From: a virus
Lineage: Duplodnaviria; Heunggongvirae; Uroviricota; Caudoviricetes
Length of the DNA stretch: 64,000 nucleotides
Virus record (IMG/VR): IMGVR_UViG_2799112330_000002
Coordinates: 192,001-256,000 of that record
Reading direction: 5' to 3' (one strand)
Below the pieces are notes generated by a model, which had not been told where the DNA came from, searched no databases, and saw nothing but the letters and a program-made list of their open reading frames with translations. Shown one piece after another: positions 42,288 through 51,288 of this stretch (its first letter is position 1; each line of letters starts with the position of its first letter). The position numbers were made by a program, and so were the translations under genes.

Positions 42288-42893
42288 TTATCTATTTTTA
42301 TACCATGCTGGTGGATTCTTTTCTAATGGGCAAAAACTAAACATCAATTCCATATTTTTGACATTACTTACATCCCATTGGGATATATCTCCATTAAATT
42401 TCGATTCTTTAAACATCCACGACATATCTTCAACATTACTTACATCCCATTGAGATATATCACCTCTAAATTTAGAATTAGAAAACATTCTATACATAGT
42501 TGTGACATTGCTTACTTCCCAACCAGAGATATCTCCATTAAATTTAGAACCCCAAAACATTCCTGCCATTTTTTCCACATTACTAACATCCCATAAAGAT
42601 ATATCTCCATTAAATTTTGATTCTTTAAACATCCATGTCATTTGTTCAACATTACTTACATCCCATTGAGAAATATCCCCATTAAATTCAGATTTAAAAA
42701 ACATATATGACATATCAGTAATTTCAGATGTGTCAATATCATTGAGATCAGCATCATTACCTCTTTCTTTAATTAATTTATTTACTAATTCTTTTAGTTC
42801 TTTTTGTATTTTAGGATGATAATTATAACGAGGTTCAAGATTGTCTTTTGATAATCTGAATTTCTCTACTATAAACTGATTTAATTTCTTCAT
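42288..42893 (-). CDS. DUF285/BspA-like repeat protein (array 2, 5 repeats)
   Basis: Same architecture. Confidence 0.9.
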   Translation of the reverse strand: MKKLNQFIVEKFRLSKDNLEPRYNYHPKIQKELKELVNKLIKERGNDADLNDIDTSEITDMSYMFFKSEFNGDISQWDVSNVEQMTWMFKESKFNGDISLWDVSNVEKMAGMFWGSKFNGDISGWEVSNVTTMYRMFSNSKFRGDISQWDVSNVEDMSWMFKESKFNGDISQWDVSNVKNMELMFSFCPLEKNPPAWYKNR

Positions 42894-42917
42894 ATACTAT
42901 TTCATTTAAATTTACAA

Positions 42918-43775
42918 TTAAAAATAAATTACCTTTTCTTTCCTAAACCATTTAGGAGGATTGACTTCTAATGGAGTTTTACGAAACATATCTGTTATAA
43001 AACATTTTTTACTTACTTTCCAGTTATTAAGATCCTGATTAAAATTAGAACCATAAAACATTCTATTCATACTTTTTGCTTTTCTTACATCCCATCCAGA
43101 TATGTCTTGATTAAATGCACTTTTTTCAAACATATATCCAAAATCTGTAACCTCTGATACATTCCATTTACTAATATCATAATTAAATGCAGTACCTCTA
43201 AACATGTCTTTCATATCTCTAACATTAGATACATTCCATTTAGATAGATCTTGGTTAAAATTTTTATCATAATTAAACATAGATTCCATTGTTTCAACCT
43301 TACTAACATTCCAATCAGATATATCCTGATTAAAATTAGAACCAGAAAACATCCAACACATATCTTCAACATTTGATACATCCCAATCAGAAATATCTTT
43401 GTTAAATGCGCAATGTTGGAACATTGCTGACATATTTTTGACTTTACTTACGTCCCATCCAGATATATCTCCATTAAAATCTGAATAACTAAACATATTT
43501 GTCATGTCTTCAACATTAGAAACGTCCCATTTAGAAATATCTCCATTAAAATTAAAAGACTGCCCACTATATTGTTCATAACTAAATATACCACACATAT
43601 TTGTAATTTCAGATGTGTCAATATCATTAAGATCAGCATCTTCACCCCTTTCACTAATTAAATCATGAACTAATTGTTGTAGTTCATTTATTGTCTTAGG
43701 GTGATAATTATAAGATCTGAGATTGTCTTTTGATATACGGAATTTTTCATTTACAAATTGTACAAATGATTTCAT
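42918..43775 (-). CDS. DUF285/BspA-like repeat protein (array 2, 8 repeats, divergent)
   Basis: Leader MKSFVQFVNEKFRISKDN. Confidence 0.9.
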   Translation of the reverse strand: MKSFVQFVNEKFRISKDNLRSYNYHPKTINELQQLVHDLISERGEDADLNDIDTSEITNMCGIFSYEQYSGQSFNFNGDISKWDVSNVEDMTNMFSYSDFNGDISGWDVSKVKNMSAMFQHCAFNKDISDWDVSNVEDMCWMFSGSNFNQDISDWNVSKVETMESMFNYDKNFNQDLSKWNVSNVRDMKDMFRGTAFNYDISKWNVSEVTDFGYMFEKSAFNQDISGWDVRKAKSMNRMFYGSNFNQDLNNWKVSKKCFITDMFRKTPLEVNPPKWFRKEKVIYF

Positions 43776-43801
43776 AATTTATATATATTGAGTTTATATA
43801 T

Positions 43802-44356
43802 TTACTTTGTAGATGTATATATATTTTTGTACCATTTTGGCGGATTATCTTCCAATGCTGAACCTTGAAATGCACGAAAGTCAGATATTATACTGGATGT
43901 ATCCCAATGATTAAGATCACATTTGAAATTCTCACAGTTTATAAACATATATGTAATATTTGTTACTTTTGATATGTTCCAGTTTGTTAAATCAGAATCA
44001 AATTTTTCACAATATCCAAATAAGTTTTCCATATTTTCAACATTACTTACATCCCATTCACTTACATCAGAATTAAAGTTCTTACATCCCCAAAATACTC
44101 CAAACATATCTACAACATTTGAAGTATCCCATTCTGATATATCTATATTATGAGGATCTAAGTTAAAAAATGCTCCTGACAAGGTGGTCATTCCAGATAC
44201 ATCAATATCATTAAGATTGGCGTTTTTGTCTTTTGCTAATCTTTTTTTAAGTATATCTTTTAGTTCCTTTATTGTTCGCGGATAATACTTATATTGTGTA
44301 ATATTGTCCTTTGATAGTCTAAATTTCTCTGTTATGAACTGATTTAATTTCTTCAT
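43802..44356 (-). CDS. DUF285/BspA-like repeat protein (array 2, about 4 divergent 25-aa repeats)
   Basis: Standard leader but a divergent body (CKNFNSDVSEW, CEKFDSDLTNW). Confidence 0.88.
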   Translation of the reverse strand: MKKLNQFITEKFRLSKDNITQYKYYPRTIKELKDILKKRLAKDKNANLNDIDVSGMTTLSGAFFNLDPHNIDISEWDTSNVVDMFGVFWGCKNFNSDVSEWDVSNVENMENLFGYCEKFDSDLTNWNISKVTNITYMFINCENFKCDLNHWDTSSIISDFRAFQGSALEDNPPKWYKNIYTSTK

Positions 44357-44385
44357 ATATAATAATTTATATTATTTAGTTTATG

Positions 44386-45132
44386 TTATTTTTTATACCA
44401 TGCTGGAGGGTTCTTTTCTAATGGAGTATTTTCAAACATATCTGTTGTATCACATATTGTATTTATTTTCCATGTAGATATATCTTGATTAAAAGGAGAG
44501 TCTGCAAACATTGCTACCATATTTTTTACAAAGGTAACATTCCACCCAGATATGTCCTGATTAAACTTAGATTTATAAAACATATGATCCATATATATAA
44601 CATTATGTATATTCCATTTAGATATGTCTCCATTAAATTGAGATTTTCTAAACATTCCTCCCATATTTGTTACTTCACTTACATCCCATTGAGAAATATT
44701 TTGATTAAATGATGATTCAGAAAACATCCATGTCATATCACCAACGTTGCTTACATTCCACTTAGAGATATCCCCATTAAATTTTGAACCACAGAACATA
44801 CAACGCATATTTTCAACCTTACTTACATCCCAATTAGATATGTCTCCATTAAACTCTGATTCATAAAACATGTGTTCCATAGTTTTGACATTACTTACAT
44901 CCCATTGAGAAATATCTCCATTAAAAATAATAGGCCAAAACATCTTAGACATATCGGTAATTTCTGATGTATCTATATCATTGAGATCAGCGTCTTTACC
45001 TCTTTCTTCAATGAGTTTCCTTACTAATTCTTTTAATTCATCTCTTGACTTTGGGTGATAGTTATAATGAGATTCAAGATTATCTTTTGATATACGAAAT
45101 TTTTCTGTAATAAACTGTCTTAATTTCTTCAT
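44386..45132 (-). CDS. DUF285/BspA-like repeat protein (array 2, 7 repeats)
   Basis: Same architecture. Confidence 0.9.
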   Translation of the reverse strand: MKKLRQFITEKFRISKDNLESHYNYHPKSRDELKELVRKLIEERGKDADLNDIDTSEITDMSKMFWPIIFNGDISQWDVSNVKTMEHMFYESEFNGDISNWDVSKVENMRCMFCGSKFNGDISKWNVSNVGDMTWMFSESSFNQNISQWDVSEVTNMGGMFRKSQFNGDISKWNIHNVIYMDHMFYKSKFNQDISGWNVTFVKNMVAMFADSPFNQDISTWKINTICDTTDMFENTPLEKNPPAWYKK

Positions 45133-45145
45133 ATATATTATTACT

Positions 45146-45754
45146 TTATTTATTCTTTTTATACCATGCTGGCGGATTCTTGTCTATTGGACATTTATAA
45201 AACATATCATCCATATATTTAACATTATTAACATTCCATACAGATATATCTCCATTAAATTTAGAATTTAGAAACATCCATTCCATATCAACAACATTAC
45301 TTACATCCCATTTAGATATATCACCAGTGAATTTGGAACCAGCAAACATATTTGACATATTTTTAACACTACTTACACCCCATTGAGAAATATCTCCGTT
45401 GAATTTAGAATTATAAAACATACATGTCATATCTTCAACATTACTAACATCCCAATTAGATATATCTCCATTAAATTGAGAATCTCTAAACATAGATCTC
45501 ATGCTTTTAACATTACTAACGTCCCATAAAGAAATGTCTCCATTGAATTCTGATTTATTAAACATAGCTGACATATCAGTAATTGTGGAAGTATCTATAT
45601 CATTGAGATCACCATTATTACCTCTTTCTTTAATTAATTTATCTACTAATTCTTCTAGTTCATCTTTTGTCTTAGGATGATAATTATAATGAGGTTCAAG
45701 ATTGTCTTTTGATAATCTGAATTTCTCTGTTATAAACTGATTTAATTTTTTCAT
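45146..45754 (-). CDS. DUF285/BspA-like repeat protein (array 2, 5 repeats)
   Basis: Start set at MKKLNQF (ATG 45754) by comparison with paralogues. Confidence 0.9.
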   Translation of the reverse strand: MKKLNQFITEKFRLSKDNLEPHYNYHPKTKDELEELVDKLIKERGNNGDLNDIDTSTITDMSAMFNKSEFNGDISLWDVSNVKSMRSMFRDSQFNGDISNWDVSNVEDMTCMFYNSKFNGDISQWGVSSVKNMSNMFAGSKFTGDISKWDVSNVVDMEWMFLNSKFNGDISVWNVNNVKYMDDMFYKCPIDKNPPAWYKKNK

Positions 45755-45770
45755 ATAATTTATATTTTTT

Positions 45771-46190
45771 CTATATTTTAACAATTTCTAATTTATTTTT
45801 ATCCCATTTATAACCCTTTTCATACAGTTTCTCATAAAACATCTCATATTCTTCATCTGTAGCCAATTTATACCATTCTGGATGATTAACATCTCCTACT
45901 CCCATATCTTCAGAAACAACTAATTTATTATATGGAATTACTAATACTGCATGAAATATTATTGTAGTTTCTGAACTATTGGGATAGATTTTGTCTTTTC
46001 CTTTATTCAATGATTTATATATAAAGAACTGTTTGCCTCCTTTATTCCATATTTGAATATCAGGATGAATAAATTCTACTATGTCACCATTTTGTGCATT
46101 TTTAATAGACCAATTTTCCCTATCAAAGAAATCTAAATTTGCTTTAGATAATCTAAATTTTTCAATAATGAATTGAGTTAGTCGTTTCAT
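45771..46190 (-). CDS. Non-repeat protein carrying the array leader
   Basis: MKRLTQFIIEKFRLSKANL followed by an unrelated domain (WSIKNAQNGDIV...LATDEE....L.EKGYKWD). Confidence 0.8.
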   Translation of the reverse strand: MKRLTQFIIEKFRLSKANLDFFDRENWSIKNAQNGDIVEFIHPDIQIWNKGGKQFFIYKSLNKGKDKIYPNSSETTIIFHAVLVIPYNKLVVSEDMGVGDVNHPEWYKLATDEEYEMFYEKLYEKGYKWDKNKLEIVKI

Positions 46191-46246
46191 TATAAACAAA
46201 TAAATATTATTATTAAATAAAAATAAATATATAATATTATATAACG

Positions 46247-47386
46247 ATGGCATATAATAAATATGAACAAGCAAAAATTGATAAGTTCAATGAATTAGAT
46301 GATAACGGAAAATTTCAAGATGTTACAGGATTAAGAAAACATGTTCCTGCAGATTTTGAAGGTGATAAAGCAAATTGGAATGTTCCAAAGGGTGCTTTTG
46401 TTTCTGGCGGTTATAGAAAAGCAATGTTTGATGCTGTTGGTGGTGGTGGTAGTTCAGAAGAAACACCAACTCCAGAACCAACACCAAATCCAGATGATCA
46501 AGGTGGAAATACCTCAGGAGATGATGATGACTCTGGCTCGCAAGTTGTAGAGACATATTCTGCTGCAGAAGCTATTGAATATAATGCAGCATTACCAGGA
46601 GCAAGAAAAGAAGGAGATAAAATAGATTCAAATGAAACAGTTCCTTATGAATATATTCATGATGCAGAATCTTGGGGATTATCTGCTGGTAACAGTGTAT
46701 TAAAGAAATATTATGAACAATATCCAGATGAAGATCACTGGAATATATCAGAAAACCGTGCAGGAAACTTCAATGATAAAGTATATGAAGTAGAAATTGG
46801 CAATGAAGTTGCAGATTTTGCTGCTCATTGGGAAAGTGATAATGTACAAAAAATAACTAAAGTATCTGATAACACAGAAGTTTATTATTTAGATATGTTC
46901 TATTCTTTAGATGAAGAAGAACATGCATTATTTACAGATGCAGCATTATCTGAATCAGCTGAAAAGGTTGCAAGATTTAGAGCAGTTAAATGGAATGCAG
47001 AAACTTGTCCAATATGTTGGGAAGGTGCAGTAAATGCTCCAGGAGCAAAATTACCTTGGGTAGCTATTAATTTTGATACAGATGTAGATGCATTGGTAAG
47101 ATTTGATTATGAAGGCAAAGATCCAGTTTATCCTTGGGGTGAAACATTATTTGGAACTGGAGAAGGTAAAAAGTCTTGGGGATTAGCATCTCCTGCTAAA
47201 GAATTTAATGATGATACATTAGCATTATCTGAAAATGGTGGTAATGGAGCATTTGATGGAGGTAATTTTAAAGTTACATTAGTTCATATAGTAACTGCTG
47301 AAGAAGCTATTGAATATAATGCTAATTTGGATGGAGCAGTTAAAGAAGGAGATCCTAAGCCATCAACTGCAGAAGTTCAAGGTTAA
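46247..47386 (+). CDS. Acidic probable virion protein with PT/G linker and duplicated terminal motif
   Basis: GGGGSSEETPTPEPTPNP linker; AxEAIEYNAxLxGAxKEGD occurs twice. Confidence 0.6.
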   Translation: MAYNKYEQAKIDKFNELDDNGKFQDVTGLRKHVPADFEGDKANWNVPKGAFVSGGYRKAMFDAVGGGGSSEETPTPEPTPNPDDQGGNTSGDDDDSGSQVVETYSAAEAIEYNAALPGARKEGDKIDSNETVPYEYIHDAESWGLSAGNSVLKKYYEQYPDEDHWNISENRAGNFNDKVYEVEIGNEVADFAAHWESDNVQKITKVSDNTEVYYLDMFYSLDEEEHALFTDAALSESAEKVARFRAVKWNAETCPICWEGAVNAPGAKLPWVAINFDTDVDALVRFDYEGKDPVYPWGETLFGTGEGKKSWGLASPAKEFNDDTLALSENGGNGAFDGGNFKVTLVHIVTAEEAIEYNANLDGAVKEGDPKPSTAEVQG

Positions 47387-47406
47387 AATAATATAGAAAG
47401 AATATT

Positions 47407-48078
47407 ATGAAAAAATTTCAAGAATTCAATTCTGAAAACACGTTAAACTGTGATTATAAGACTTGTATTATAGGGAAGTTGAAGAACGCACTTAAAGAAG
47501 AATTCAATGCATGGTATGGTTATATCATTGTTAAAGAATGGTTGACTGGACTAAGCAGAGTTGATATTGAAAAGATGTATGATGAAACCGCTAAGGATGA
47601 ATTAGAAGATCATGCATTTTGGTTGATGAAACGTATCAATGAGCTTGGTGGAACAATTGAAGACATATCTGCTTCTCCAGCTTCTTGGTTGACAGCTAAT
47701 CATACTTATATTTCTCCTGTTTGGTCATGGAAAACAAATAATACATGTTGTCAAACTGGATCATGCTGCGGAGATTGTGAAGATCCATGTGGAGATATTT
47801 GTGATGATCTACCTACAATTACACTTGGTGAACCTTATGAATGTTGTGGAGATGGATGTCAATGTGGATGTCAATGCAAGCCAGATATAATAGAAGTAAA
47901 GCAATCCTTATTAACTAATATAAAAAATGAAGAAGGAGCAATTGAGACTTATAAAGATTTAATTAGAACTGCTCAATCTGATTCTGATTTTGTAACTGAA
48001 CGTAAATGTAAAGAAATTCTTGCCGATGAAGAGGAACATTTACAAATGCTAAAAGATTTTTTAGCCGATATTAGTTAA
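47407..48078 (+). CDS. Ferritin/DPS-like protein with Cys-rich insertion
   Basis: EEFNAWYGY, DELEDHA, RINELGG, EEGAIETY, EEEH ferroxidase-type motifs; insert CCQTGSCCGDC...CCGDGCQCGCQC. Confidence 0.85.
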   Translation: MKKFQEFNSENTLNCDYKTCIIGKLKNALKEEFNAWYGYIIVKEWLTGLSRVDIEKMYDETAKDELEDHAFWLMKRINELGGTIEDISASPASWLTANHTYISPVWSWKTNNTCCQTGSCCGDCEDPCGDICDDLPTITLGEPYECCGDGCQCGCQCKPDIIEVKQSLLTNIKNEEGAIETYKDLIRTAQSDSDFVTERKCKEILADEEEHLQMLKDFLADIS

Positions 48079-48103
48079 TATTATTTTTTACATATATTTA
48101 TAT

Positions 48104-48140
48104 AAATGGATAAGTTTTTTCGGAAATTTATCCATTTTTT
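48104..48140 (+). terminator. Intrinsic terminator
   Basis: aaatggataagttt...aaatttatccattttt. Confidence 0.7.
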
Positions 48141-48200
48141 ATTGAAATTTTGAAAATAATGTCTATATTATTATTGTAATTATTAATTAAAAATTTAGAT

Positions 48201-48551
48201 ATGGAAAATCTTTTGAAAACCCAGTTCATTCAACTTACATTGATTCTTAGTGAGTTTGAGCGTGATTTTAGAGAAAAGTTGGAGAATTCTCCAGAAATTA
48301 ATATGCAGGCAATGTATATGACTCTTGGAGATATTGTTTTGTCTAGTCGTAAAATCATGGGAGACTATTGTTTAGAAGAGTATGATAATCTCAAGGAAGT
48401 TTTTGATGATGAATTAGATCTTTTATATAGAATTAATAAAATTAATAATTATCTAAGAAAATATGATAGAGACAATAAGTTCTATCCTTATGTAAATTCT
48501 ATGTTTGACATCATTAAAGATACCATGAATACAATGAGTAAGAAAGTCTAA
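48201..48551 (+). CDS. Hypothetical protein
   Basis: 116-aa ORF after a TTGA..CTATATT motif. Confidence 0.7.
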   Translation: MENLLKTQFIQLTLILSEFERDFREKLENSPEINMQAMYMTLGDIVLSSRKIMGDYCLEEYDNLKEVFDDELDLLYRINKINNYLRKYDRDNKFYPYVNSMFDIIKDTMNTMSKKV

Positions 48552-48556
48552 AAGAC

Positions 48557-48823
48557 ATGTTACCAGGATTTATAAATTTATATATTAAAGACAATAAAAT
48601 TCATCTATTTTTCTTCAGGGGATTGACTGATGATGGTAGATATTATTATAATCGTCTTAATCTTAAAGATTCAAATTTCAAATATGATAAGATAGATTAT
48701 GATGATGAATCCTGTGAATATATCTTTTATGATAATTCTATTAAGCGAATAAAATGTACATTAATAAACTATAACGGAGACAAACTTAAATGCGTACTAC
48801 AAAATAAAAGGGCTAATCATTAA
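48557..48823 (+). CDS. Hypothetical protein
   Basis: 88-aa ORF. Confidence 0.6.
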   Translation: MLPGFINLYIKDNKIHLFFFRGLTDDGRYYYNRLNLKDSNFKYDKIDYDDESCEYIFYDNSIKRIKCTLINYNGDKLKCVLQNKRANH

Positions 48824-48839
48824 GATTAGCCCTTTATTA
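48803..48839. terminator. Bidirectional hairpin terminator
   Basis: aataaaagggctaatc-attaa-gattagcccttttatt. Confidence 0.8.
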
Positions 48840-48853
48840 TTTTATGTCATATA

Positions 48854-51253
48854 TTAAAATGATATTTTCAGTTTATTCATTAAATTATATAGACCACTAT
48901 TCATGTTATTAATATTTGTAAATGTACCGAGTTTTATATAATTGTAAATAGTATTAGTCTTAGAAATTAGTACAAATATAAGTTTATTTCCCTTATAAAG
49001 AAGAATTTCTCCAGCATTTGCTTGTTTTGTTTGTTGTGAATTACTTATATCTGTAGATATTTTCTGTTGTAGTTCAAATTCAAATCCAAAGTTTTCTATA
49101 TTCTTTGTTGTACTTTCTAAAACATTATGTCCATTTTCGATGTAATCAAATAATGAATGTCCACCATCCGTATTTTCAATTGTTATAGATTTAGTATTAT
49201 TAATAGGTCCGTCTTGTGTATCTTTACCCTGATATGATGAATTGCTTCCATAGTTATAATCTATAGCAATATACTTATTGAATATAGACTCATAATAATG
49301 ATATGTGAAGTTCATAGGAGTATTTTGATCACCCCAAACCCTTTTAAATGTTCTATATTCATGTCTTGTCAAATAACTATTTATATCAGAACCAGTAATA
49401 TTGATTTGACCACTAAACTTACTAAGATTAATTCCAAGATAACTCATTTTTACTAAATGCTCAATATCATAATTATCTAATTGAATATTTGTAAGTATGG
49501 TGTTATTAATAAGTCCTGACTTAAGATATGAGATTTCAGATGATTCACCAACTTTTGTTTGAGTTGTCTTATTTTCTAATGCAGTTATCCATGTATTGAT
49601 AAATTCACTTACTAATTGATTACTTCCGCTTACATATTGAGATTGTGTCTTGTTTATTAATGTAAGATTGACAAGTTTTTCATTTGGAGTATAGTCAAAT
49701 TGATCAATTGTAATGTTATCTAAGCTTATTGTATTGATATTCTCTGGTAATACAACATTTGTAAATGATTGGTTTGCTCGAGGTACAAATGTCTTTCTTG
49801 AAGAATTTGCAGCCTTAAATGATTCCAAATTTGTCAAATTATATAATGAGAAATCTCTTGCTAATTTTTTACAATTTGTTATGTCTATTTCTTTTAATGA
49901 TCTTAAAGTTGTTATTCCATTTATGTATGCAATCTTACTTTCTTCTGTATGACTAAGATCAATTGATTCTATTTCTATATTTGATAGTTCTCTTTGCCAA
50001 TTTGATTTTACTGTTTCATTTACATTTACTTGTTTGTTATAATTATGTATGAAATCGATTTTTTCAATTTTATTTGAAATTCCTGACAAATCAAGTTTCT
50101 TTATTTTCTTTGGATTAATTATGTCAAATGTTTCATTATTTTCCAAACCTTCATTATTAATATTTGTAAATGTATGTTCTGTATCTGTCAACACATCTGT
50201 TCCAAAAACTTGATTTCTACCAGCTGTTACATTAAAATAGTCTTCTTCTATTGGTGTGATCTTTATTTCATCATTACTTTCTAATTTTTGATTTGTTATG
50301 AATTGAATAGTATTGTTATACCAGTTATTGTATTTACTGTCAAAGTTAATATATGCTATAAGTTTCTTTCTACCTAATGATAAAGTATTTAATGTTAATT
50401 CAAGTTCTGTGTCAAGTTCATAAATGGAATAACATAAATTATCTTTATTATTGTCTAATACATCATTCAAAATAGTATTTGTATTGTTTTCAAAGAATGT
50501 AAATATTCTTGGCTCTAAATAATTTACATCAGATACTGAGTATGTATATGCTGTTCTATAGTCAGTATATGCTGATCCTGGGATAGGATTATTAGGATCT
50601 GGATTACCAGCTTCATCGGTATGATATACATAAGATATAAATGGCTCTTCATAGCTTGTTACACTATACTTGTAGTCAACATATTCACCAGAGAAGTCAT
50701 ATTCAACTACAATATCATTATTGCCAGCATCCTTTTCATTTACTGTATATTTTGTTCCAAGCTTATTGTATGGATAGTTCTTATGAGCATATGTAATGTC
50801 GTAGATCTCATTATTGTTCTTATAATATGCTTTCTTATTGAATGTCATTTCATTAGCATTCTGTAAGAGTTCATATAATTTAGAAGTTGGAACAATATAA
50901 GTATTATTGAATACATTGTCTAAGTCATCTTCATAGTTGAAGTTAAAGGTGATGACGTTCTTTTCTATATCTATATCAACCTTATTGTCTTTAAACTTAT
51001 CCATATATGCAATAGTGCTCTTCATTATATCTCCAACGTTATCATAATGAGTCTCATTTTCAGTAAATATTGTATCTGAACGCATATATGACCAATAATA
51101 GTCATTATCTGTAGTTCTTGTCAAATATCCAAATATTTCATTGAAATGACCTACCTCTCTATTTTCCAAAGCACTACCAGCATCTTCTGCATATTCTCCA
51201 GAATATATTGTAATATTTGGTAATTTTGAAACAGTTATTACTTTATTATTCAT
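48854..51253 (-). CDS. Tail-associated protein with LRR-like segment and degenerate C-terminal cyclophilin-like domain
   Basis: IKKLDLSGI, LRSLKEIDITNCKKL, LTNLESFKA; C-terminal NAGEILLYKGNKLIFVL...YNYIKLG. Confidence 0.55.
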   Translation of the reverse strand: MNNKVITVSKLPNITIYSGEYAEDAGSALENREVGHFNEIFGYLTRTTDNDYYWSYMRSDTIFTENETHYDNVGDIMKSTIAYMDKFKDNKVDIDIEKNVITFNFNYEDDLDNVFNNTYIVPTSKLYELLQNANEMTFNKKAYYKNNNEIYDITYAHKNYPYNKLGTKYTVNEKDAGNNDIVVEYDFSGEYVDYKYSVTSYEEPFISYVYHTDEAGNPDPNNPIPGSAYTDYRTAYTYSVSDVNYLEPRIFTFFENNTNTILNDVLDNNKDNLCYSIYELDTELELTLNTLSLGRKKLIAYINFDSKYNNWYNNTIQFITNQKLESNDEIKITPIEEDYFNVTAGRNQVFGTDVLTDTEHTFTNINNEGLENNETFDIINPKKIKKLDLSGISNKIEKIDFIHNYNKQVNVNETVKSNWQRELSNIEIESIDLSHTEESKIAYINGITTLRSLKEIDITNCKKLARDFSLYNLTNLESFKAANSSRKTFVPRANQSFTNVVLPENINTISLDNITIDQFDYTPNEKLVNLTLINKTQSQYVSGSNQLVSEFINTWITALENKTTQTKVGESSEISYLKSGLINNTILTNIQLDNYDIEHLVKMSYLGINLSKFSGQINITGSDINSYLTRHEYRTFKRVWGDQNTPMNFTYHYYESIFNKYIAIDYNYGSNSSYQGKDTQDGPINNTKSITIENTDGGHSLFDYIENGHNVLESTTKNIENFGFEFELQQKISTDISNSQQTKQANAGEILLYKGNKLIFVLISKTNTIYNYIKLGTFTNINNMNSGLYNLMNKLKISF

Positions 51254-51288
51254 AGTTTATCTATATATTAAACTTTATTTTTAGCGAA

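Noticed and set aside
39570-45754. 72-bp periodic repeats as a CRISPR array
   Set aside because: Repeats are degenerate, in-frame protein-coding modules with no unique spacers and no cas genes
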